A stretch of DNA of 55,182 nt from an uncultured Oscillospiraceae bacterium (GCA_964446385.1 CAYUOH010000013.1:1-55182), one strand, 5' to 3'; shown: positions 27,313 through 37,776, counted from the stretch's first letter. Translations and numbers: made by a program. The notes: a model not told the origin generated them from the letters alone.

Positions 27313-27447
27313 TTACTTCGTTTTTGATGTGATCTTATTCAGCAGCATCGTGATTAGCACGATAAGGCCGATTACTACGAAAACACCGAGCATTCCGAGT
27401 CCCATATATCGGAGATTATTCACAAAAGCCATTGGGTTGAACTCCAT
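27313..27447 (-). CDS. small single-TM protein, OadG-like gamma subunit of Na+-translocating decarboxylase (44 aa; below the ORF-track cutoff)
   Basis: GGAGGT SD 12 nt after the oadB stop; MEFNPMAFVNNLRYMGLGMLGVFVVIGLIVLITMLLNK resembles the OadG N-terminal TM segment. Confidence 0.5.
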   Translation of the reverse strand: MEFNPMAFVNNLRYMGLGMLGVFVVIGLIVLITMLLNKITSKTK

Positions 27448-27459
27448 AGCGTACCTCCA

Positions 27460-28572
27460 TTACAGAAAGAAATTTAGCACAATACCGCCCGCGATGACAG
27501 AGGCGATCTGACCGGATACATTCACGCCGATGGAATGCATCAGGAGGAAGTTTTGACTGTCCTCCGCTTGCCCCATCTTGTGCACGATTCTGCCGGACAT
27601 CGGGAAAGCAGAAATACCCGCAGCACCTATCATGGGGTTGATTTTTTCTTTTGCGAAAACATTGTATAATTTGGCGAACAAGACGCCTCCAGCTGTGTCG
27701 AATATAAAGGCAAACAGGCCGAGTCCGAGAATCAACAGAGTGTCAGGCTTTAAGAACTGTTCAGCCTGCATCTGAGAGGCGATTGTCAGGCCCAGGAAAA
27801 GAGTCACAAGATTTGCAAGTACATTCTGTGCAGTCTCAGACAGCGAGTTCAGAACGCCGCATTCACGTATTAGGTTTCCAAACATGAGGAAACCAATCAG
27901 GGCAACGGATTCGGGTGCGATGACGCCGGCAAGGACGGTTATAATGATGGGGAACAGAATGCGGGTCGTCTTTGAGACTGAATTCTCTTTATAGGGCATA
28001 CGTATCAGGCGTTCTTTTTTTGTTGTCAGAAGCTTGATAATAGGAGGCTGGATGATGGGAACCAACGCCATATACGAATATGCGGCAACCATAATCGGTC
28101 CGATATATTGTGAGCCGAGCTTCATGGCGACCACTATGGATGTGGGGCCATCGGCCGCGCCGACTATACCGATGGAAGCGGCGTCATTTAGAGGGAAGAA
28201 CATCGAAGCTGTGCAGAGCGTGAAGAAAATGCCGAACTGAGCAGCCGCACCGAAAATCATGAGTTTCGGATTGGCCAGGAGCGGGCCAAAATCAATCATC
28301 GCTCCGATACCGATGAAAAGAATCAACGGAAACAGTTCATTTTCAATACCTGCTTTATATAGGGTACTCAGAACTCCGCTTGAACCGTTGACCGCCTGAT
28401 CCACAGCGCCGGATAATGGTAAATTGACCAGAATTGCACCGAACCCGATAGGGAGGAGGAGCGAAGGCTCCATGTTTTTCTTAATGGCAAGGTAGATCAG
28501 GGTTCCTCCAAGTGCCCACATAACAAGATGCTGCCATTGGATCTGAAGGATATACTTGTAAAAGATATCCAT
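27460..28572 (-). CDS. oadB: sodium ion-translocating decarboxylase beta subunit (OadB/GcdB/MmdB family)
   Basis: 370-aa polytopic protein with strong similarity along its whole length to the conserved beta-subunit family. Confidence 0.9.
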   Translation of the reverse strand: MDIFYKYILQIQWQHLVMWALGGTLIYLAIKKNMEPSLLLPIGFGAILVNLPLSGAVDQAVNGSSGVLSTLYKAGIENELFPLILFIGIGAMIDFGPLLANPKLMIFGAAAQFGIFFTLCTASMFFPLNDAASIGIVGAADGPTSIVVAMKLGSQYIGPIMVAAYSYMALVPIIQPPIIKLLTTKKERLIRMPYKENSVSKTTRILFPIIITVLAGVIAPESVALIGFLMFGNLIRECGVLNSLSETAQNVLANLVTLFLGLTIASQMQAEQFLKPDTLLILGLGLFAFIFDTAGGVLFAKLYNVFAKEKINPMIGAAGISAFPMSGRIVHKMGQAEDSQNFLLMHSIGVNVSGQIASVIAGGIVLNFFL

Positions 28573-28613
28573 TTAATGAATTTCCTTTCTGTTTATATTC
28601 GTGTACTTTGTAC

Positions 28614-30692
28614 TTAACCGAACAGAGAAAATGCCACAAAAAGCCCGGACATAAGGGAAGAGACAAGAGAAACTACGGTAATCTGCGTATTTATAGACGG
28701 ACCGGCCGTATCCTTAAACGGATCTCCTACCGTATCTCCAACGACAGCGGCCTTATGTGCGTCGGAACCCTTGCCGCCCTCGTTACCGGACTCAATGTAT
28801 TTTTTGGCGTTGTCCCACAGGCCTCCCGCATTGGACATAAACAAAGCAAAGAGAAGACCACTAATGATGTTGCCAAGGAGGAACCCTCCGATGGCAAGAG
28901 GTCCGCCGATGAAGCCAACCAGAATTGTCGAAATGATGGTCATAAGGCCTGCCGGAATGAGTTCCTTGAGTGCGCCTTTTGTCGCAATGTCGATACATTT
29001 GTTATATTCCGGCTGGACGCCATCCTTGCCTTCCTTCAGACCAACAATCTCATTGAACTGGCGATGAATTTCTGCCACCATTCGCTGCGCGTTCTTGTCA
29101 ACGCCGAGAATCAGCATCGCGGAGAAGACGGCAGGTATCGCTGCACCAACCAGAATTCCGAAGAAAACGACCGGATTCATAATATCAAACCCTGTGATCA
29201 GTGCCTTCCCGGCCGCCGAAAGAACTTCGTTCACTTCAGACATATAGGCGCCGAGAAGGGAGATAACGGTGAGGCCTGCCGCGCCGATGGCAAAACCCTT
29301 TGTCACAGCTTTTACCGTGTTACCGGCGCTGTCCAGTTCATCAGCAATCTGAATCGTATCATCGCCAAGACCGCCCATTTCAGCAAGGCCTCTCGCGTTG
29401 TCAACGATCGGGCCGTAGGCATCGTTGGATACAATCATACCCACGATGGAGAGCATGCCGACAGCTGCCATAGAGATGCCGAACATCGCGTACCCGTCGC
29501 CGAGCGGCGCGCAAAGCTTATATGCCGCAAGCGCGGAAATGGCGATTCCAACCATGGCCGGGAGCGAGGAGATAAAGCCATAGGAGATGCCGGACAGAAT
29601 GGTAAGCGCCGACCCAGAACGTGAAGCCTTGGCTACATAGCGAACGATCGGTTTGCTGTCATCCGTAAAGTAATCGGTTGTAATGCCGATGATCACGCCG
29701 ACAAGGAGTCCAACTGCAGAGGCGCCCCAAATGCGCCACGAAAAGCCTTCGAACAGGGCGGTTGCTACAGCTGTCAACACAAGGAAGATACCGGTCGTGA
29801 CATATGTGGAAGAGTTGAGCGCACGTGTCGGATTGCCATGTTTACCAATGCGCGCAGTGGCAATGCCAATGATGGAGGAGATAAGTCCCAGCGCCGCATA
29901 GCAGAACACCATCACCTTCGTCGCGCCACCCAGGGTCTGGGCGAGGACAAGTGCTGCAGTCATGGAGGCAACGTTGGAATCGAACAGATCAGCACCCATG
30001 CCGGCTACGTCTCCTACGTTGTCGCCGACGTTATCAGCAATTACCGCGGGATTGCGCGGATCGTCCTCAGGAATGCCAAGTTCTACCTTGCCGGTGAGAT
30101 CAGCTGAAATATCTGCTGTCTTCGTAAAAATTCCGCCGCCAGCTTTCGCAAACAGCGCCAGGGAGCTTGCGCCAAAGGAAAAGCCAAGCAGAATTGTCGC
30201 ATCGCCCACAATTGCCAGTACTGCGGCAACTCCGAACAGGCTAAAGCCGACCACCGCGAGACCCATGACAGCGCCGCCGCGGAATCCCACGAGAAAAGCA
30301 GGCTTGATCCCCTTCTGCGCCCCTTCCGCAGCGCGGGAGTTGGCGGAAGTGGCTACCAACAAACCGATTTTACCTGCAATCGCCGAAAGCGTTGTGCCAG
30401 CCAGGTAAGCTAATGTAATTTCAACATTATTTAGAATTTCACCCTTCCAGATGGGTGTCGGGAGCAGTACAAAAAGAATGACTGACGCTATCCCGGCGAA
30501 GATTGCAAGAATTTTATATTCTTTTGTCAGAAAAGCGTTGGCACCAGCCTTAATAAGAGCGGAAACCTCTTGAATCTTCGCGTTTTCTGTCTTCTGCTTT
30601 TTAACCCACATGTAGAGGTAAGCTGCAAATGCGAATGCGATGATCACAACTAAAAAAGAGAGTACATAGACATGCGGCAGTTTTAATTCCAT
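28614..30692 (-). CDS. hppA: membrane-bound K+-dependent H+/Na+-translocating pyrophosphatase
   Basis: GGG..G...A..G, DNVGDNVGD and GDTVGDPFKDT, the signature PPase motifs; AAGGAG SD before the ATG at 30692. The ORF-track start at 30812 is upstream of the SD. Confidence 0.9.
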   Translation of the reverse strand: MELKLPHVYVLSFLVVIIAFAFAAYLYMWVKKQKTENAKIQEVSALIKAGANAFLTKEYKILAIFAGIASVILFVLLPTPIWKGEILNNVEITLAYLAGTTLSAIAGKIGLLVATSANSRAAEGAQKGIKPAFLVGFRGGAVMGLAVVGFSLFGVAAVLAIVGDATILLGFSFGASSLALFAKAGGGIFTKTADISADLTGKVELGIPEDDPRNPAVIADNVGDNVGDVAGMGADLFDSNVASMTAALVLAQTLGGATKVMVFCYAALGLISSIIGIATARIGKHGNPTRALNSSTYVTTGIFLVLTAVATALFEGFSWRIWGASAVGLLVGVIIGITTDYFTDDSKPIVRYVAKASRSGSALTILSGISYGFISSLPAMVGIAISALAAYKLCAPLGDGYAMFGISMAAVGMLSIVGMIVSNDAYGPIVDNARGLAEMGGLGDDTIQIADELDSAGNTVKAVTKGFAIGAAGLTVISLLGAYMSEVNEVLSAAGKALITGFDIMNPVVFFGILVGAAIPAVFSAMLILGVDKNAQRMVAEIHRQFNEIVGLKEGKDGVQPEYNKCIDIATKGALKELIPAGLMTIISTILVGFIGGPLAIGGFLLGNIISGLLFALFMSNAGGLWDNAKKYIESGNEGGKGSDAHKAAVVGDTVGDPFKDTAGPSINTQITVVSLVSSLMSGLFVAFSLFG

Positions 30693-30957
30693 AAAAGCAC
30701 CTTCTCCTTCATTTAAATATCTGGTCAGTAAAAGGTTTTTGTCTTCTTCGATTCGCTTGTCCTCGGCGCAAAAAAAAAGAAACATATATTTTAGCTTCTT
30801 TGCACCGCACATACAAAACGGAATCGATTTCTATTTACATAGCCGGGAATCCCATAAAAAGAGGCACTTCTTTTAAACTACGTTATATATAGCACAAACA
30901 AAAATTGATTGCAAGCGCCCGCAAAATTGTTGAGGTGCTGTAATCATCAACAGATAA

Positions 30958-30992
30958 AGAAAACAGCCCGTCTTTATGACGGGCTGTTTCAG
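30958..30992 (-). terminator. Rho-independent terminator (minus strand) after the MFS gene
   Basis: 12-bp perfect stem AAACAGCCCGTC/GACGGGCTGTTT with a 5-nt loop and a T-rich tail on the minus strand. Confidence 0.65.
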
Positions 30993-31068
30993 TATATACA
31001 GATGAGACTACTCCATATGTTACTTACAAGCCCTGACTCGGTTTTCGCGCGTGCATGATATATGATCA

Positions 31069-32373
31069 TCAATACCCAGCTGGCTCTTTTGCGGAAACAC
31101 GCTTTACCAGCAGTAAAAACAACATCCCGATTACCAGGAATGCAATGATAGATCCAACAGCCCAGATAAGCCCGTATTGCTCGGCAAGTATCATTTCATA
31201 CCCATGGTTGACATACCAGTTGTTCGCTCGGAATGAAATGGTTCCGAATACAAGCGGGCCGATAAAAGTTGACGTACGTCCAGCAACTGAAAGGAAACCG
31301 TAAAATTCAGCGGATTTCTCCTGTGGGGCAAGCTGGCTAACCATCGTGCGGCTGACAGCCTGGGCGCCGGAGAGCGAAAAACCTGCCACAACGCCGATGA
31401 CATAGAACAACATAATATCCTTTATGAACAGCAGACCTGTGACGGAGGCGATTAATATAACAAGCGAGATAATAATGGCTTCCTTGCTGCTTTTTTTATC
31501 TGAAATCCGTCCAAAAAGTAAAGCGCCGAACGTACCGGAAAACTGTATAAGAATGACAAATATAATCAATTGAGTCTGTTCCATACCAAAAAGCGTGGCA
31601 CCGATTATGGCGGCAAAATCCATCAGCATCATAATACCATCGTTGTAAATTAAAAAGGCAACCGTATATTTGATGAATTCTTTATAATTGTTAACTGAGC
31701 GGAATGTATGCGCCAGTTTTTCAAATCCTAGGGCGATGACATTTTTATCTGCCGGAATATGTTCCGGTTCACTTTTTTCCTCTACCCAAAGGAAGGTAGG
31801 TATGGATGAGATAAGATAAACGGCGGCGGTAATTAAGAATGCTAACGGAATCATTTGATTGCCCACTATTTTTATGGGAACAAGCACAATAAGAAGGGCG
31901 ACGATACCGCCAATCATACCTAATGCCCAGCCCTTGCCCGATACGGTACCGATTGACTCGGGAGTGGAAACATCTGAAAGCAAAGAATCGTAAAATACCT
32001 GAGCGGCGCGATACCCGATTTCAGCCATGATGAAAAAGAAAACACCGATGAAAACGTCCCCTTCTCCGACAAAAAACAGAAGAGCTGTAAATATGACGGA
32101 AATTGCGGTGAATATAAGCAAGAATTTCTTTTTGGATTTGGTGAAGTCTGCAATCGTGCCGAGTATAGGTGATAATACAGCTACAATAACAGCGGCAGCT
32201 CCGACCGAAACAGCCCACAAACGAGTGCCTTCTGCGCCACCGACAACGACGTTTTTAAAGAAAGTGGAATATACCGCCAAGAGCACAACGGAGGCATAGG
32301 CGGAATTTCCAAAATCATAGAAATACCAGGAATGGCGAGATCTGTTGCCAGCTTCGACAGTTTTATTTCTCAT
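31069..32373 (-). CDS. MFS transporter, UMF1/Atg22-like family
   Basis: SWYFYDFGNSAYASVVL N-terminus and 12-TM organisation typical of this MFS subfamily. Confidence 0.8.
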   Translation of the reverse strand: MRNKTVEAGNRSRHSWYFYDFGNSAYASVVLLAVYSTFFKNVVVGGAEGTRLWAVSVGAAAVIVAVLSPILGTIADFTKSKKKFLLIFTAISVIFTALLFFVGEGDVFIGVFFFIMAEIGYRAAQVFYDSLLSDVSTPESIGTVSGKGWALGMIGGIVALLIVLVPIKIVGNQMIPLAFLITAAVYLISSIPTFLWVEEKSEPEHIPADKNVIALGFEKLAHTFRSVNNYKEFIKYTVAFLIYNDGIMMLMDFAAIIGATLFGMEQTQLIIFVILIQFSGTFGALLFGRISDKKSSKEAIIISLVILIASVTGLLFIKDIMLFYVIGVVAGFSLSGAQAVSRTMVSQLAPQEKSAEFYGFLSVAGRTSTFIGPLVFGTISFRANNWYVNHGYEMILAEQYGLIWAVGSIIAFLVIGMLFLLLVKRVSAKEPAGY

Positions 32374-32417
32374 GATAAACTCCTTAATAATTGCATATCT
32401 CAGTGTCCATTGTATCT

Positions 32418-32466
32418 AAAAATACTTGATAAGCATACATTGAATTAATATATATATCAAGTATTT
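32418..32466. repeat. 14-bp perfect inverted repeat AAAAATACTTGATA / TATCAAGTATTTTT (22-nt spacer) in a divergent promoter region
   Basis: Read directly from the sequence; lies between the MFS (-) and SRAP (+) genes. Confidence 0.4.
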
Positions 32467-32728
32467 TTTGATACATAAGGAGCAGGTTGAGCACCATACC
32501 ACCATGTATTCATTCAGTGAATTGATGCGGTTTCATCATGCCGTCTATGTCAGGATATAATGACAATGAGTGGTTTGACGCAATATGAAAACATGCCTCG
32601 CATGTAATTTCAGCAGGTTTTTAATATAAATGAGTTATTTTATTTGATATAATAAATAATCATATCAATGATTCGCATTAAATACGATTATAAGAAATTT
32701 GTGGTGTGAATAAACGGGGGACGTGGAT

Positions 32729-33307
32729 ATGTGCTGCAGATATTATTACGATGATAAGGATTTGAGCGAGATTCTGGAGAAGCTGGGCGTCATTCTGGAT
32801 GCCGGAGAAAAAATTCCTGAGGGGATCATTTCACCGGGAAGTGAGTCACTCATGATTACCGGCAGACAAAACAACCGAAGTGCTTCAGTAGCAACCTGGG
32901 GCTTTCCCGGCAGGGAAGACAAGCTCATATTTAATGCACGTTCAGAAACTGCACAGAATAAAACTATGTTCCGGAATGCGCTGGAAACAAGACGCTGCCT
33001 GCTTCCTGCAAAATGTTTTTATGAATGGGACAGTGATAAGAACAAAGTCACTTTTTCCGGTATAAATACGCAGGTAATATTCCTGGCCGGTCTATGGAAT
33101 CTTTACGGTAAAGAAATTCGTTTTACGGTACTGACCACTGCGGCAAACGCGTCGATGATACAGGTCCACGATAGAATGCCGCTTATGGTCGATTCTGACA
33201 ACATAGATTCCTGGCTTTTCGATACTGCCTTTGCGCATGAACATCTGAGACGCGAGATGCCTCCGCTCATAGCTCAGAGAGAATATGAGCAAATGACTTT
33301 AAAATAA
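32729..33307 (+). CDS. SOS-response-associated peptidase (SRAP/YedK/HMCES family), abasic-site processing protein
   Basis: Met-Cys N-terminus (catalytic Cys2), MCCRYY...; WGFP, LIFNARSE, CLLPA, FYEW and H..MP motifs conserved in SRAP. Confidence 0.8.
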   Translation: MCCRYYYDDKDLSEILEKLGVILDAGEKIPEGIISPGSESLMITGRQNNRSASVATWGFPGREDKLIFNARSETAQNKTMFRNALETRRCLLPAKCFYEWDSDKNKVTFSGINTQVIFLAGLWNLYGKEIRFTVLTTAANASMIQVHDRMPLMVDSDNIDSWLFDTAFAHEHLRREMPPLIAQREYEQMTLK

Positions 33308-33332
33308 AGACTATTTCAAAAGGTGAACACGA

Positions 33333-34562
33333 ATGAAAACAGCACGAATCTTTCCGTGTGTAATAATCAGTAAAAAGGGAGAACGCTGGACATCATCCGG
33401 TCACCCCTGGATTTACGCTTCAGATGTCATTGAACATCCGGAAAATCCGGAAAACGGCAGCCTAGTCGATGTAATATCCGAAAACGGCAAATATCTTGGC
33501 ACCGGCTTCTACAGCGGTATAAGTAAAATTTGCGTGCGTATTCTTTCCCGCGACGCAAACAATACGTTCGATACTAATTTCTGGAAAAGACGCATCGGCT
33601 ATGCACTGGACTACCGCAGAACGGTGATGAGGGATGATTTTTCCGCTTGCCGTATAATTTTCGGCGAGGCTGACGGTTTTCCGGGACTTACCGTTGACCG
33701 CTTTTCAAATATACTGTCGGCGCAGATTCTGTCTGCGGGGACCGACAGAATAAGGGATATAATTCTTCCGGAGATTGTCTATCAGCTGCGCGAATCCGGC
33801 GAAACGATAGACGGAGTATTCCTGCGCAACGACGTTTCCATACGTTCGCTGGAAGGCCTTCGCGAAGAAACCGGGTGGTACATGCTGCCCGGGGAAAGTG
33901 TTCCTGATTCACCGGTTACCGAAATATGCGAAAACGGTATTTACTATTCCGTAGATGTGGAAAACGGACAGAAAACCGGGTTTTTCCTCGATCAAAAATA
34001 CAACCGGCTTGCTGTCGCTAAGCTAGCAAAAGGCAAGCGCGTACTGGACTGTTTTACGCATACAGGATCATTTGCGCTGAACGCCGCGAAAGGCGGCGCG
34101 GAACATGTGACGGCTGTTGATATTTCCGCGTCTGCTGTCGAAATGGCAAAGAAAAATGCGGTGCGAAACAATCTTGACGATAAGATGGATTTTCTCTGTG
34201 CAGATGTCTTTGACCTACTTCCGCAGTTGGAAGCGGAGGGAAAACATCCCTACGATTTTATTATTCTGGACCCGCCCGCTTTTACAAAATCACGTAAAAC
34301 TGCCAAAAACGCCGAACGCGGCTACAGGGAAATCAACTACCGGGCGTTAAAGCTGCTGCCCCGTGGCAGTTATTTTGCCACTGCCTCCTGCAGTCACTTT
34401 ATGCCATCGGAGCAGTTTGTGAAAATGCTCCGGGCTGCCGCGGCGGATGCCGGAAAGGAACTGATGCAGATTGAGGCGCGTCAGCAGGCTCCGGATCATC
34501 CGATTCTCTGGAATGTTCCTGAGACCGACTATCTGAAATTTTATCTGTTCCGCGTAATATAG
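33333..34562 (+). CDS. rlmI: 23S rRNA m5C methyltransferase RlmI-like (PUA plus class I SAM methyltransferase)
   Basis: N-terminal PUA-like region HPWIY and C-terminal methyltransferase motifs (VLDCFTHTGSFAL, ILDPPAF). Confidence 0.8.
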   Translation: MKTARIFPCVIISKKGERWTSSGHPWIYASDVIEHPENPENGSLVDVISENGKYLGTGFYSGISKICVRILSRDANNTFDTNFWKRRIGYALDYRRTVMRDDFSACRIIFGEADGFPGLTVDRFSNILSAQILSAGTDRIRDIILPEIVYQLRESGETIDGVFLRNDVSIRSLEGLREETGWYMLPGESVPDSPVTEICENGIYYSVDVENGQKTGFFLDQKYNRLAVAKLAKGKRVLDCFTHTGSFALNAAKGGAEHVTAVDISASAVEMAKKNAVRNNLDDKMDFLCADVFDLLPQLEAEGKHPYDFIILDPPAFTKSRKTAKNAERGYREINYRALKLLPRGSYFATASCSHFMPSEQFVKMLRAAAADAGKELMQIEARQQAPDHPILWNVPETDYLKFYLFRVI

Positions 34563-34579
34563 TTTCGAGAGGTTATCCG

Positions 34580-35695
34580 ATGTCTGAGAAAGTTTATAAA
34601 CTGCTGATTATCAATCCGGGATCCACTTCCACTAAAGTAAGCGTTTTCGAAAACGAAAAGATGCTTTTTGAGCGGAGTCTTTTTCATGATTCGTCCGAGT
34701 TACTGCGTTATCCTAATGTTAATGATCAGCTTCCGTTCCGGTACTCGGTAATGATGGATATGCTTAAGATTGAAAAAATTGATCCCCAAGCCATTGACGC
34801 TGTGGTCGGACGAGGCGGAAGCGCCTGCACCCAGCTCAGCGGTATAACTATAATTGATCAAAAACTGGTGGACGATACTGTTGCAGCTGTCGGAGGCTCC
34901 GAGCATTCAGCCAAACTGGGGGTTATGATGGCCTGGGAGTTTTCTAAGGAACACCATGTCCCGGCTTACACCCTGGATCCGACAAATGTGGACGAGTTCT
35001 GGGAGCTTGCCAGACTTACAGGAATTAAAGGAATATACAGAACTTCACATTCCCATTTTCTTAATCAGCGTGCAGTTGCAAAATATCACGCCAAGGTACT
35101 GGGCAAACCTCTCGAGGAATGCAGTTTTATTGTCGCACATATCGACGGGGGAGTTACTGTCGGTGCTCATTACCACGGAAAGATGGTGGACGGGTGCATG
35201 GGTGCGGACGGAGAGGGCCCTTTTTCACCGACACGTATCGGATATGTTCCTGTTCTTCCGCTTCTGGATTATCTGGAAACGCATTCAATAGAGGAAGTCC
35301 GCCTTAAATGCTCGCGTGCAGGCGGATTCGTGGATTTATTCGGAACGTCGAATGCCGATACAGTTCATGGACTGGTTGAAAAAGAGGACCCGAAGGCAAT
35401 CATCGTCTGGAATACTATGATTTATCAGATATGCAAATGCATAGGTGAGATGAGCGCGGTGCTCAGCGGAAAGGTTGATGCTATCGTTCTTACCGGCGGC
35501 CTGGTCCGATTTAATGATATCGTGGACGGAATAAAGGAGCGCTGCGGATTTATTGCACCGGTTGCGGTTTATCCCGGAGAAATGGAGCAGGAGGCTCTTG
35601 CTATGCCCGCATTGAATGTGCTGCGCGGAGAGGAAATTCCAAGAGTGTATTCGGGCAAAAACGTCTGGGACGGGTTTGGAGAGCTAGATCTTTAA
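34580..35695 (+). CDS. buk: butyrate kinase
   Basis: LIINPGSTSTKVSVFE N-terminus and the acetate/butyrate kinase fold motifs; 371 aa. Confidence 0.85.
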   Translation: MSEKVYKLLIINPGSTSTKVSVFENEKMLFERSLFHDSSELLRYPNVNDQLPFRYSVMMDMLKIEKIDPQAIDAVVGRGGSACTQLSGITIIDQKLVDDTVAAVGGSEHSAKLGVMMAWEFSKEHHVPAYTLDPTNVDEFWELARLTGIKGIYRTSHSHFLNQRAVAKYHAKVLGKPLEECSFIVAHIDGGVTVGAHYHGKMVDGCMGADGEGPFSPTRIGYVPVLPLLDYLETHSIEEVRLKCSRAGGFVDLFGTSNADTVHGLVEKEDPKAIIVWNTMIYQICKCIGEMSAVLSGKVDAIVLTGGLVRFNDIVDGIKERCGFIAPVAVYPGEMEQEALAMPALNVLRGEEIPRVYSGKNVWDGFGELDL

Positions 35696-35789
35696 AAAAC
35701 ATGTTTGCCCGGACAGTCGTGCTGTTGTCCCGAGTTGTATTTTAATATAGTATATAATTATCATTTAAATAATAAGCGGAGGGATTACC

Positions 35790-36653
35790 ATGTTAGCAAG
35801 ACAACAGAGACGCTGGGCTCAGTTAACTATGGATACTGTCAGGGATATCGCTAAAAATACTACTTCGGAAATTATCTGGGGAGAAAACTTTTCACGCCCC
35901 AATCTTGTCACAAATGACAATCTGTCAGGTAAAACTATGAAATTCATATATGATGACGGAAGCGTCTGGAATTATAAATTCTTTGACGAGCGACATCTCC
36001 ATTGGGAGGCTCCGGACGGTACAACAGGCGACGATCTGTACAATGCCACAGTCTGTCCCGGTTTTAACAATGTGATTTTCTTTCATCATTACAGGGCATT
36101 CCTGGATCTTCCGCGCTGCGTTGATGTAATCATGGATCTTGAAACAGGTTATGCCATCCTGTTTGATGCATATTTGGGTAATCCGATCTGCCCCAGAGAG
36201 GTTCTGCATGATATCCGTTTCGGGCATATTGACGGAATAGAGACTCCCGAGGCAGCCGAGAAACCACATTTTACAAATGATCTTACCGGTAAATCCATCT
36301 ATTGGGCTCATGATGAGCGCGTACGCGGAATCCAGTACATTTTCTCTTCATGCCTGTATTATACTTACACTATGATAAACAAAGCGGAGAAAACCTGTTG
36401 GATGGCTACTAATCCCGCTGACTATATTATTGTCAAAGACGGCCTATATATCATGTCCGTTATCGAAGAGCGTCAGCCCGGTGTACAGCTTGTAATGCTG
36501 ATGAACCTGAATATAATGCGCGACGTACAAAGCTGCTTCGGATGCGGTGGTACCATCGATGAAGGCCCGCATCTTGAAACCTGGATGCACGCAAACCGCA
36601 AAGGCCGTTTCACAGATATGTGGTCGGATGTAACCGAAAATGAAAGAATCTGA
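35790..36653 (+). CDS. two-repeat calycin-like protein, MoaF / phenolic-acid-decarboxylase-like fold
   Basis: Two tandem segments (LSGKTMKFIYDDGSVWNYKF... and LTGKSIYWAHDERVRGIQYIF...) resemble the PAD/MoaF beta-barrel repeat; tentative. Confidence 0.4.
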   Translation: MLARQQRRWAQLTMDTVRDIAKNTTSEIIWGENFSRPNLVTNDNLSGKTMKFIYDDGSVWNYKFFDERHLHWEAPDGTTGDDLYNATVCPGFNNVIFFHHYRAFLDLPRCVDVIMDLETGYAILFDAYLGNPICPREVLHDIRFGHIDGIETPEAAEKPHFTNDLTGKSIYWAHDERVRGIQYIFSSCLYYTYTMINKAEKTCWMATNPADYIIVKDGLYIMSVIEERQPGVQLVMLMNLNIMRDVQSCFGCGGTIDEGPHLETWMHANRKGRFTDMWSDVTENERI

Positions 36654-37335
36654 TTTATTCGAGCCGATAAAAAAATATTTTACCGATGACGGATACAGTG
36701 GGGACGGCGAGGTCGGAAGTATAGATCTGTATCTTGAAAAGGACGGGTTAAGCACTGCCGTCGAACTTAAGAAAACACTGGATTTTAGATCGATACAGCA
36801 GGCTGCGCTGGACCAAAAAATCTGCGATTTCGTCTATATCGGGATTTTCAGGCCCAGGAACCTGTTTTCAAAAGTCGGAAGAGATAAGCTTTATCTACTG
36901 AAACGCCTCGGAATCGGGTTGATTTGCGTTTCTCCGCGGACCGAAAACGTGGAGGTTTTTAACGATCCTCTTGTCAGTGAAATATCCAATTTTCAGCAAA
37001 AGCACAGAGATAAGACGGAGGCAGTTAAATCAGAATTCAATAAACGCAGAATCAAGAGCAATACCGGCGGCGTTAACAAAACCGGACTGATGACAGCATA
37101 CAGAGAGGATTCCCTAGTCATTCTGTATGTTCTGAACATTCTCGGTGGCCGGGCTGAAAGTAAAACGGTAAGGTCGCTGACAAAAAATCCGAAGAGCACC
37201 GGTATTATGTACCGTAATTATTACGGCTGGTTTGAAAACGTATCAAAAGGCTTTTATTCAATTACCGACACCGGCTGTGCGGCACTGACAGAATACGCCG
37301 ATACTATACAAAAATTGACAGAGTCTTTGCAGTGA
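36640..37335 (+). CDS. conserved hypothetical protein; possible PD-(D/E)xK-like N-domain plus C-terminal winged-helix
   Basis: IDLYLEKD...AVELKK could be a D...ExK nuclease-fold motif; the C-terminal region looks like a wHTH; weak. Confidence 0.3.
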   Translation: MKESDLFEPIKKYFTDDGYSGDGEVGSIDLYLEKDGLSTAVELKKTLDFRSIQQAALDQKICDFVYIGIFRPRNLFSKVGRDKLYLLKRLGIGLICVSPRTENVEVFNDPLVSEISNFQQKHRDKTEAVKSEFNKRRIKSNTGGVNKTGLMTAYREDSLVILYVLNILGGRAESKTVRSLTKNPKSTGIMYRNYYGWFENVSKGFYSITDTGCAALTEYADTIQKLTESLQ

Positions 37336-37392
37336 GCCTGTTAGAATGTGATTATCAAGGTGCAGCATATAATATAAAGCGAGGTCTGTATT

Positions 37393-37776
37393 ATGAGTCT
37401 GATTAAAGGTATCCATCATGTTTCACTGAAATGTGCAAATGAAGAGGAATACGCGAAGGTCGTCAGTTTCTACGGTGATGTTCTCGGACTTGAGGTTGCG
37501 AGAAGCTGGAGTACAGGCATAATGTTCAAAGCCGGCGAAAGCCTTATCGAGCTTGCTTCCTCCGGAGGGGGAAATCTTGGAAGAGGCGTTATCCAACATT
37601 TTGCGTTTATGGTTGATGACGTTGATGCCTGTGTAAAGGCTGTTACCGGTGCAGGTTATGAGGTCTATGTCGGACCGAGAGATATCGAAATAAAATCGGA
37701 TCCCGTATTCCCGGCTACCATAGCCTTTTGCCACGGACCTATGGGCGAAGAAATCGAATTTTTCCACGAAAGATAA
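37393..37776 (+). CDS. VOC (glyoxalase/bleomycin-resistance/dioxygenase) family protein
   Basis: GIHHVSLKC...HFAFMVDDVD...EIEFFH metal-ligand pattern of VOC proteins. Confidence 0.75.
   Translation: MSLIKGIHHVSLKCANEEEYAKVVSFYGDVLGLEVARSWSTGIMFKAGESLIELASSGGGNLGRGVIQHFAFMVDDVDACVKAVTGAGYEVYVGPRDIEIKSDPVFPATIAFCHGPMGEEIEFFHER

Noticed and set aside
28608-29624. 338-aa ORF on the plus strand
   Set aside because: Lies entirely antisense to the well-supported hppA gene; its translation is Arg/His/Gly-rich low complexity, typical of an antisense frame in a GC-rich coding region.
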